Shown piece after piece: positions 9,299-17,330 of a DNA stretch of 33,840 nucleotides. A program made the translations under genes and the position numbers. The notes under the pieces are model-generated. The model had not been told where the DNA came from, made no database searches, and saw only the letters and a program-made list of their open reading frames with translations. Each line of letters opens with the position of its first letter. Position 1 is the first letter of the stretch. Source of the DNA: Candidatus Micrarchaeota archaeon. GTDB lineage: Archaea; Micrarchaeota; Micrarchaeia; Anstonellales; Bilamarchaeaceae. Where the stretch lies: assembly GCA_041694845.1 (NCBI GenBank), contig JBGFRY010000014.1:1-33840 (forward strand), given 5' to 3'.

Positions 9299-10828
9299 AT
9301 GGATACAATAGTTGTTCTTGATTTTGGAGGCCAATATTGTCATCTGATCTCGAGACGTATTAAAGACTTGGGTGTTTATTCAGAGGTACAGCCTGCAAGC
9401 GTTGGTGTAGAGGAATTAAAAAAAATTAAAGGGTTAAAAGGCATTATTCTATCTGGTGGTGCTGCTTCTGTTTATGATTCTTCATCACCTAAATGCGATC
9501 AAAATATTTTTGATCTTGCTATTCCTGTTCTAGGTATATGTTATGGTCATCAACTTATTGCATACTTTATAAAAGGGGGCAAAGTAGCTCTTGGAGAGCA
9601 TGGAGAGTATGGTATAACAAAATTAAAGATAATTAAGAAAAACATGTTGCTAACAGGATTCAAAGCAAATGAAGATGTTTGGATGAACCATCAAGACGTT
9701 ATTGAAAATTTGCCAACAGATTTTGCGATTATTGCATCAACAAAGAATTCCCCAATTGCAGCATTTGAGAACAATAGCAAAAAACTTTATGGGGTGCAGT
9801 TTCATCCTGAGGTTACTCACACGCCGCAAGGAACAGTGGTGCTCAAGAATTTCATTTTCAAAATATGTAAAGCAAAGAAAGAATGGTGCATAAAAAATTT
9901 TATTACTAAAATTGAGGAAGAAATAAAAGAAAAAATCGGACAGAGAAAGGTAATTATTGGTCTATCTGGCGGAGTTGATTCCTCAACAGCTGCTCTGCTC
10001 CTGAGTCATATTATAACCAAACGCTTAACTGCGGTATATGTAGACACTGGTCTGATGCGTGCGGATGAAACAGAGTTCATACGCAAAACATTTTCGAAAT
10101 ATCCATTAAACTTGCGTATTGTAGATGCATCATCAAAATTTTTCAGTGCATTAAAAGGAATTACTGATCCAGAAGAGAAGAGAAAAGTTATCGGAAAACT
10201 ATTTATTGATATCTTTGATGAAATTGCCAAACAAGAAAATGCACAAGTGCTTATCCAAGGAACAATTTATTCTGATAGAATCGAAAGTGGTATTACTGAA
10301 CACTCTTCACGTATTAAGTCACACCATAATGTAGGTGGCTTACCTAATGAAATGAAACTTGAAATATACGAGCCTTTAAGAGATATCTATAAAGATGAGG
10401 TAAGGAAGCTTGCCAAAATGCTAGGTTTGCCAAAAGAGATAATACTTCGCCACGTATTCCCTGGGCCTGGTCTTGCAGTTCGTATTGTTGGTGAAGTTAC
10501 ACCTGAGAAAACAGAGATAGTACGAAAAGCGACAAAAATAATTGAAGAAGAACTGAAAAAGGCAAAATTGTATGAAAAAATCTGGATGGGTTTTGCAGTT
10601 CTGCTATCAATAAAGAGTGTTGGCATACAAGGCGATACAAGAACTTATAAATATCCTATAGTAATTAGAATAATAGAATCAAAAGATGCAATGACTGCCA
10701 ACTTCGCAAAAATTTCATATAATTTACTTTCAAAGATTTCAACAAGAATAACTAATGAAATCTCTCATGTTAATCGAGTTGTTTATGATATTTCTAATAA
10801 GCCCCCTGCCACTATGGAGTGGGAATAA
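9299..10828 (+). CDS. guaA: GMP synthase (glutamine-hydrolysing), fused GATase + ATP-pyrophosphatase
   Basis: GATase motifs GICYGHQL and FHPE. PP-loop GLSGGVDSS. C-terminal GDTRTY...ATMEWE. Confidence 0.95.
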   Translation: MDTIVVLDFGGQYCHLISRRIKDLGVYSEVQPASVGVEELKKIKGLKGIILSGGAASVYDSSSPKCDQNIFDLAIPVLGICYGHQLIAYFIKGGKVALGEHGEYGITKLKIIKKNMLLTGFKANEDVWMNHQDVIENLPTDFAIIASTKNSPIAAFENNSKKLYGVQFHPEVTHTPQGTVVLKNFIFKICKAKKEWCIKNFITKIEEEIKEKIGQRKVIIGLSGGVDSSTAALLLSHIITKRLTAVYVDTGLMRADETEFIRKTFSKYPLNLRIVDASSKFFSALKGITDPEEKRKVIGKLFIDIFDEIAKQENAQVLIQGTIYSDRIESGITEHSSRIKSHHNVGGLPNEMKLEIYEPLRDIYKDEVRKLAKMLGLPKEIILRHVFPGPGLAVRIVGEVTPEKTEIVRKATKIIEEELKKAKLYEKIWMGFAVLLSIKSVGIQGDTRTYKYPIVIRIIESKDAMTANFAKISYNLLSKISTRITNEISHVNRVVYDISNKPPATMEWE

Positions 10829-10957
10829 CATTAGGGACGTTGAAAGAACTGAAAAAATATCGGTTTTTAAACCTTTCTTTTAAAAATTTTGTAATACCTG
10901 TGACTTGTAGATATGGCAGAGTAATTTTTATCTCTGGTTAGGGGGCTTGGTGGTCTT

Positions 10958-11227
10958 TTGAAAAAGGCAAAAAAAAAGAAGTCAAAGGCTAAAGATATTA
11001 TTATAAATGTGCTTGCTCATAAACTTGTTCCTAAAATGCGAATTTTATCTGAGAGAGAAAGAAGTAAATTATTAGAAAAATATGGTATTAAACAGTTTCA
11101 GCTTCCGAAAATATATGTTTATGATGCTGCAGCAGAAGCACTAAATGCAAACGTTGGGGACATCATAGAGATCGAACGCTATGATCTCACAGGGAAATAT
11201 TATTTTTATCGGCTCGTTATTGAGTAA
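10958..11227 (+). CDS. rpoH: DNA-directed RNA polymerase subunit H (Rpo5)
   Basis: HKLVPKMRILSERERSKLLEKYGI...LPKI...D...GDIIEIER pattern. Located immediately upstream of rpoB. TTG start from the track and a K-rich N-terminus, so the start is uncertain. Confidence 0.88.
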   Translation: MKKAKKKKSKAKDIIINVLAHKLVPKMRILSERERSKLLEKYGIKQFQLPKIYVYDAAAEALNANVGDIIEIERYDLTGKYYFYRLVIE

Positions 11228-11287
11228 AAAATAAATAATAGATGCATGTAGTAAAATATTTAACATAGGTTTATAGTAGGTGAAGTG

Positions 11288-12742
11288 ATGGTAGAAAGTA
11301 TGCTCGAGGCCTATTTTAAGGTAAACACTTTGGTTAAGCAACAACTTGATTCTTATAACAAATTTTTGGATACTGGACTTCAGCGCGTTGTCGATCGAGT
11401 CAAAAAAATAGAAACAAATGTTGAAGGTTTTGAATTAAAACTTGGGAAACTACGTTTAGAAAAACCGCGTTACTATGAAATCCGCGGTGGTTATAGAACA
11501 ATAACACCTAACGAAGCACGATTGAGAAATCTTACATATGCAGCGCCTTTATTTTTAGAAATTATTCCTATATTCAATGCTGTTGAAAGACCAACTTACT
11601 CTGATGTTTTTATAGGAGAACTACCAGTAATGGTGAAATCTAAAATATGTGGTCTTTCAACAATGGGTGAGACTGAACTTATAGAAAGTGGTGAGGACCA
11701 TGATGACCCTGGCGGTTATTTTATAATAAATGGAAGCGAGCGCGTTCTTGTTTCTATTGAAGATCTAGTACCTAATAAACTAATTGTTACAAAAGAGAGA
11801 ACAGGAACTATCGCAAAAATATTTTCAACAAATGAAGGATTCAGAGCAAGATGTGTTGTACAACGGAACCAAGATGGTATATACACTGCAGAGTTTCCAT
11901 CGATCCCTACAAACATCCCATTATTGCAGTTGTTGCGTGTCTTAGGTTTAGAAACAAATGGAGAGATAACAAAAGCATTTATAGAACAGAGCAATATAAC
12001 AAACGATGTTATTCTTAATGTTGAAGAAGAAGAAAGTAGAAATAAAGATGAAGCTGTTGATACGCTAAGCAGGAAACTTTCTCCAGGGCAGCCTGCTGAA
12101 TTTAGGCTTACTCGTCTAGAAAACCTGATTGATAACTATCTTCTTCCACATATTGGTATAACTAAAGCAGCGAGAATTGATAAGGCAAGATTCTTGGTGA
12201 AAATGGCTGAGAGAGCAACTCTAGTTTATGCGAAAAAGATTGCAGCAGATGACAAAGACCATTATGCAAACAAAAGAGTAAAACTCGCTGGGGAATTAAT
12301 TGAAGAACTTTTCAGATATGCATTCCAGTTTCTTATTAAGGATCTTGTATATCAGGCTTCAAGGGCAGATGCTCGTGGTCGTCGTCTTCAGGTTCATACT
12401 ATTGTAAGACAGGATGCAATGGCTGATAGAATTAAATATGCAATGGCAACTGGTAACTGGATTGCGGGTCAAACAGGAGTAAGTCAGCTGCTTGATCGTG
12501 TTAGTTATCTATCAACAATATCTCATCTTAGAAGGATAATTTCTCCATTAAGCAAAAAACACCCACATTTCAAGGCAAGAGATTTTCATGGAACTCATGT
12601 CGGAAGGTTATGCCCAAATGAAACCCCAGAGGGTCCAAGTTGTTCACTTGTAAAAAATCTTTCTGTGATGGCAGAAGTTTCAATAGGTGCTGATAACGAA
12701 GAGGTTCTTCGTACACTAAAAATGTTCGATGTAAAGCCATGA
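11288..12742 (+). CDS. rpoB2: DNA-directed RNA polymerase subunit B'' (N-terminal half of split RpoB)
   Basis: Rpb2 N-terminal and lobe motifs (QQLDSYNKFL, PGGYFIINGSERVLVS, ISHLRRIISPL, GRLCPNETPEG). ATG 11288 has AGGTG 5 nt upstream; the track start GTG 11285 is one codon earlier. Confidence 0.95.
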   Translation: MVESMLEAYFKVNTLVKQQLDSYNKFLDTGLQRVVDRVKKIETNVEGFELKLGKLRLEKPRYYEIRGGYRTITPNEARLRNLTYAAPLFLEIIPIFNAVERPTYSDVFIGELPVMVKSKICGLSTMGETELIESGEDHDDPGGYFIINGSERVLVSIEDLVPNKLIVTKERTGTIAKIFSTNEGFRARCVVQRNQDGIYTAEFPSIPTNIPLLQLLRVLGLETNGEITKAFIEQSNITNDVILNVEEEESRNKDEAVDTLSRKLSPGQPAEFRLTRLENLIDNYLLPHIGITKAARIDKARFLVKMAERATLVYAKKIAADDKDHYANKRVKLAGELIEELFRYAFQFLIKDLVYQASRADARGRRLQVHTIVRQDAMADRIKYAMATGNWIAGQTGVSQLLDRVSYLSTISHLRRIISPLSKKHPHFKARDFHGTHVGRLCPNETPEGPSCSLVKNLSVMAEVSIGADNEEVLRTLKMFDVKP

Positions 12743-12785
12743 TCAATGATATATATACTTCATCAAGCATCGATTGTTGTTTTAA

Positions 12786-12792
12786 AGGAGGG
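12786..12792 (+). promoter_or_regulatory. Shine-Dalgarno-like AGGAGGG 7 nt upstream of ATG 12800
   Basis: Sequence aaAGGAGGGccatagtATG. It argues for 12800 as the rpoB' start rather than the track's 12746. Confidence 0.5.
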
Positions 12793-12799
12793 CCATAGT

Positions 12800-14635
12800 A
12801 TGGTAAAGAAAAAAAGATATTGCTCTGAAAAAACTGTTGTTTATTTGAACGGAAGATTCATTGGTTTCCATAATGATGGTGCTGCGCTTTCGCAAAGATT
12901 GCGTGAAAAAAGAAGAATGAACGAACTCAGTGCACAGGTTAATGTTTACTATAATGAAAAACTAAATGAACTGCACATTATAAGTGACAAAGGTCGGGTA
13001 AGACGACCGCTTATTGTAGTTGAGAATGGAAAGTCAAGACTTACGCCAGAGATATCTAATCGTATTAAAAATAATGAGATCAATTGGTACCATCTTGTAA
13101 AAATGGGAATTGTTGAATACCTAGATGCGCAGGAAGAAGAAAATGCACTTGTTGCCCTTCGTCCTGAAGAAATCACTTCGCAGCATACTCATTTGGAAAT
13201 AGACCCATCTTCTATGTTTGGCGTTGTTACAGGAATATTGCCTTACTCTGAATACAATTCTTCCCCTCGTATCACAATGGCTTGCGCTATGACCAAACAG
13301 TCATTAGGGATATATCTATCCAATTTTAACATCCGTTATGATACACGAACATATGTAATGTATTACCCCCAGCAACCTTTAGTTCAGACAGGACTTTATA
13401 AAGCGCTTAAACTAAAAAACAAGGCAGCAGGACAAAACTTAATTGTCGCACTTACAACTTATAAAGGATATAATATGGCCGATGCAATTATTATGAATAA
13501 ATCATCAGTTGATCGGGGTATTGGAAGGACAATAATGTTTAAAACATATGAAACAGAGGAGCGCATCTATCCTGGAGGACAAAAAGACAGAATAGAGATT
13601 CCTACTCCAGATGTCGTTGGTTACAGAGGAGAAGATGCCTATAAACATCTTGACGCTGATGGGATTATTCTTCCTGAGAGTGAAGTAACTGGAAAACAAG
13701 TGTTAGTTGGTAAGGTGTCACCACCTCGTTTTCTTGAAGAAATATCTGTTTTTGGTGCAGTCGAAGAAAAGAAAAGAGAAAGTTCTCTTGCACTTAAAAC
13801 AGGAGAAAGTGGCAAGGTTGATTCTGTTCTTATCACAGAAGGACCAAGCGGCAACAGACTTGTAAAAGTTCGCATACGCAGTCAAAAAGTGCCAGAAGTT
13901 GGAGATAAATTTGCTTCTAGACATGGTCAGAAAGGAGTTGTTGGTTTGCTTGTCAATCAGCAGGACCTTCCATTCACAAAAGATGGAATCATCCCTGATA
14001 TTATTATAAATCCGCATGCAATACCAAGCAGAATGACCGCAGGTCATTTACTTGAAACAGTTGGAGGAAAAGTATCTTCCTTAAGTGGTATGTTGATGAA
14101 TGCAACTGCATTCGGAGGTACCAGTGAGGAAGAATATCGCGAGCTACTCAAAAAACATGGGTTTGAAGAAAGTGGTGAAGAAATCCTTTATGATGGAATA
14201 ACAGGAAAAGAAATGAAAGCTAAGATTTTTATTGGTGTTGTCTATTACCAGCGTTTGCATCATTTAGTTTCGAATAAACTGCACGTGCGTTCTCGTGGTC
14301 CAGTTCAGTTACTTACTCATCAACCTACCGAAGGACGTGCGCGTGAAGGTGGTCTGCGTTTTGGTGAGATGGAGCGTGACTGTCTAATAGGATATGGTGC
14401 AAGTACACTTATCAAAGAAAGATTACTAGAAGAAAGTGACAAAACAATTCAACTAGTGTGCTCAGAATGTGGTTCGATTGCAACACACGATTACGCACGC
14501 AATAAAGATGTCTGTCCAGTTTGCGAATCCGAGAATGTTTATCCAGTTGAAATAAGCTATGCATTCAAACTCTTGTTGGATGAAATTAGAGCATTGAATA
14601 TATTCCCAAGAACAATTCTCAAAAATAAAGGTTGA
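12800..14635 (+). CDS. rpoB1: DNA-directed RNA polymerase subunit B' (C-terminal half of split RpoB)
   Basis: GDKFASRHGQKGV, NPHAIPSRMT, GGLRFGEMERD, and the C-terminal Zn motif CSECG...CPVC. Confidence 0.96.
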   Translation: MVKKKRYCSEKTVVYLNGRFIGFHNDGAALSQRLREKRRMNELSAQVNVYYNEKLNELHIISDKGRVRRPLIVVENGKSRLTPEISNRIKNNEINWYHLVKMGIVEYLDAQEEENALVALRPEEITSQHTHLEIDPSSMFGVVTGILPYSEYNSSPRITMACAMTKQSLGIYLSNFNIRYDTRTYVMYYPQQPLVQTGLYKALKLKNKAAGQNLIVALTTYKGYNMADAIIMNKSSVDRGIGRTIMFKTYETEERIYPGGQKDRIEIPTPDVVGYRGEDAYKHLDADGIILPESEVTGKQVLVGKVSPPRFLEEISVFGAVEEKKRESSLALKTGESGKVDSVLITEGPSGNRLVKVRIRSQKVPEVGDKFASRHGQKGVVGLLVNQQDLPFTKDGIIPDIIINPHAIPSRMTAGHLLETVGGKVSSLSGMLMNATAFGGTSEEEYRELLKKHGFEESGEEILYDGITGKEMKAKIFIGVVYYQRLHHLVSNKLHVRSRGPVQLLTHQPTEGRAREGGLRFGEMERDCLIGYGASTLIKERLLEESDKTIQLVCSECGSIATHDYARNKDVCPVCESENVYPVEISYAFKLLLDEIRALNIFPRTILKNKG

Positions 14636-14663
14636 AAGAGAAAAATATAAAGAGAGGGATAAA

Positions 14664-17300
14664 ATGTTTGTTGATAAGGTTGTTGATAAAATCCGTTTTT
14701 CATTGTTTTCTCCAGAAATGATTAGAAAAATGTCTGCAGCAAAGATTGTTGTACCAGATACTTATGATGATGATGGCTATCCAATAGATGGAGGACTTGT
14801 TGACACAAGATTAGGTGTCGTCGATCCTGGTTTACGCTGCAAAACCTGTGGTGGTCGCGTAAAAGAATGCCCTGGCCATTTTGGTAGCATAGACCTTGTA
14901 AGACCAGTTGTTCATGTAGAATTTGCTAAGCACATACACTATATTTTGCGTTCAACTTGTCCAAATTGTTACAAGATATTAAGTAAAGAAAAGTCTAGGA
15001 TTTCTGTTAAAGTTCAAGAAGAAGTATCTAAACCACAACCAAACATTCAAACAAGTGAATTGCAGGTTACAGATAGTTTTTCTGAAGTGCCAAAATTAAC
15101 AACTGAAGTAGAAAAAGAGTTGAAAGATTCTCAAAAAGAAGAAAAAATACCTAAAGATAAAAAGAAAAAAGATGTTGCAGCCTGCAATTATTGTAATGCA
15201 GTTCTTCCAGAGATAAAATTACTAAAACCAACAACTTTCTACAAGGACAAGGAAGTGATGCTTCCAATAGAAATCAGAAGTTTGCTTGCAGCAATTTCAG
15301 ATGAAGACATTAGAAACTTGGGTTTTGATCCAATGTATGCAAGACCTGAGTGGATGATTCTTACAGTTTTACCTGTACCGCCAGTAAACGTTCGTCCTTC
15401 TATTACACTTGAAACTGGTGAAAGAAGCGAAGATGATCTAACGCACAAATTAGTAGATATTATTCGTATTAACCAAAAACTAGATGCGAACATAAATGCT
15501 GGAGCGCCACAGCTTATAATTGAGGATTTATGGGAGCTTCTTCAGTATCATATAACAACCTATTTTAATAACGAAACTGCAAATATACCTCCTGCCAGGC
15601 ACCGCAGTGGAAGACCTCTCAAGACACTCGCGCAACGTTTGAAGGGAAAAGAGGGTCGTTTTAGATATAATCTTTCTGGCAAGCGTGTTAACTTTTCTGC
15701 AAGAACTGTTGTTTCCCCTGATCCTAGAATTGATATGGACGAAGTAGGTGTTCCTCTTGAAGTTGCAGAAGAACTTACTATACCTATTACTGTTACTGAG
15801 TGGAACATTGACAGATGTAAAGAATATATTCTTTCTCAACATTATCCTCATGCTACCTATCTAATACGACCAGACAGTAGAAGACTAAAAGTTGGTGATA
15901 GTGAAGAGTTGAAGAAAGAGGCAGCAGAATCTGTAAAAGTCGGTTGGATAATGGAAAGACAGATTGTTAACGGTGATATTGCAATATTTAACCGGCAGCC
16001 ATCGCTTCACAGAATATCTATGATGGCGCACAGAGTACGGATCTGTCCTGGAAAAACATTTCGTATTAACCCTCTTACAATCGCTCCGTACAACGCAGAT
16101 TTTGATGGAGATGAAATGAACCTCCATGTTATCCAGACTGAGGAAGCACAGGCAGAAGCAAAATATCTCATGAAAGTCGAAAAACAAATACTTTCCCCAC
16201 GTCATGGACATGCAATCATAAAACCACAGGAGGACCATATCTCAGGACTTTATTTTTTAACCAATGATGATAGCGAATTCACAAAGGCAGAGGCTTCTAA
16301 TCTTTTATATCTAGCAGGCATAACAACCATTCCATCTCCTGATCTGAAAGATAAATATAGTGGAAAATTATTATTCTCGCAGATACTTCCATCTGATTTA
16401 AATCTAAAAATACAATCGAAACTTGGAGGAGACATTGTAATAAAAAATGGCAAGCTGATTATGGGTGCTGTTGAAAGCAAAGCTATCGAAAGTGATATTT
16501 TAGAGCAAATTTTCATTAGCCACGGTTCAGAGTTTACACAGAATTTCTTAAGCAAGTTGACAAAAATAGGTCTTGAAGTAGTTACCATTAGGGGTTTCAG
16601 TGTTTCTCTTAAAGATTATACCCTGTCTAAAAAAGCAGAGGAGACAATAGAAAAAGTTGTTGATAAGATGAAAAGAGAGATTGATAATTTAATACTACAG
16701 TATAAAAATAAAACACTTGAACGTTCCCCAGGGCTTTCATTAAAAGAAACTTTAGAGAGTACAATAGTTCAGATTACCTCTAGGATAAGAGATGAAATTG
16801 GAAAAATGGTGGAAGAAGATCTTACAAAAGAGAACTCATCGATTATTATGGCTAAAATTGGTGCACGTGGGAGTTTGCTCAATGCAATTCAGATGGCAGC
16901 TATAGTTGCCCAGCAGACTGTTAGAAACAAGCGATTGAAACGTGGATATAAGAGAAGATTACTATCCTACTTCCAACCAGACTTGCTAACACCATATGAG
17001 CGCGGTTTTGTGTTTTCTTCATTTAGAGATGGTCTTACACCTCCTGAATTTGTTCAACATGCAATGGGTGGTAGGGAGGCATTAGTTAACACTGCAATAC
17101 GTACAGCGCGTTCAGGTTACATGCAGAGACGACTTATCAATGCCTTACAAGATCTTGTTGTTGCTGATGATTTAACTGTTCGCAATGCTGACATGTCAAT
17201 AGTTCAATTTATATACGGTGGGGATGCAAAAGACCCGATGTATGCCAGTAAGGCAGGGATAGCTGATATGGCAAAGCAGGATGATGTTGACACTGCGTAA
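14664..17300 (+). CDS. rpoA1: DNA-directed RNA polymerase subunit A'
   Basis: CKTCGG...CPGHFG zinc site, RFNRQPSLHRISMM-like NRQPSLH, and catalytic NADFDGDEMN. Confidence 0.97.
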   Translation: MFVDKVVDKIRFSLFSPEMIRKMSAAKIVVPDTYDDDGYPIDGGLVDTRLGVVDPGLRCKTCGGRVKECPGHFGSIDLVRPVVHVEFAKHIHYILRSTCPNCYKILSKEKSRISVKVQEEVSKPQPNIQTSELQVTDSFSEVPKLTTEVEKELKDSQKEEKIPKDKKKKDVAACNYCNAVLPEIKLLKPTTFYKDKEVMLPIEIRSLLAAISDEDIRNLGFDPMYARPEWMILTVLPVPPVNVRPSITLETGERSEDDLTHKLVDIIRINQKLDANINAGAPQLIIEDLWELLQYHITTYFNNETANIPPARHRSGRPLKTLAQRLKGKEGRFRYNLSGKRVNFSARTVVSPDPRIDMDEVGVPLEVAEELTIPITVTEWNIDRCKEYILSQHYPHATYLIRPDSRRLKVGDSEELKKEAAESVKVGWIMERQIVNGDIAIFNRQPSLHRISMMAHRVRICPGKTFRINPLTIAPYNADFDGDEMNLHVIQTEEAQAEAKYLMKVEKQILSPRHGHAIIKPQEDHISGLYFLTNDDSEFTKAEASNLLYLAGITTIPSPDLKDKYSGKLLFSQILPSDLNLKIQSKLGGDIVIKNGKLIMGAVESKAIESDILEQIFISHGSEFTQNFLSKLTKIGLEVVTIRGFSVSLKDYTLSKKAEETIEKVVDKMKREIDNLILQYKNKTLERSPGLSLKETLESTIVQITSRIRDEIGKMVEEDLTKENSSIIMAKIGARGSLLNAIQMAAIVAQQTVRNKRLKRGYKRRLLSYFQPDLLTPYERGFVFSSFRDGLTPPEFVQHAMGGREALVNTAIRTARSGYMQRRLINALQDLVVADDLTVRNADMSIVQFIYGGDAKDPMYASKAGIADMAKQDDVDTA

Positions 17301-17330
17301 AGAATAAAACAAGAGAAAAAAGGGGATCAA

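Noticed and set aside
9702-9893. 63-aa plus-strand ORF in an alternative frame within guaA
   Set aside because: It is embedded in the strongly supported guaA frame, has no RBS, and has an unremarkable composition.
12743-12799. The gap and upstream ORF extension between rpoB'' and rpoB', as a possible frameshifted or pseudogenised rpoB
   Set aside because: The break falls at the canonical B''/B' split site seen in methanogens and haloarchaea. Both halves are intact, and rpoB' has its own AGGAGGG RBS at 12786..12792.
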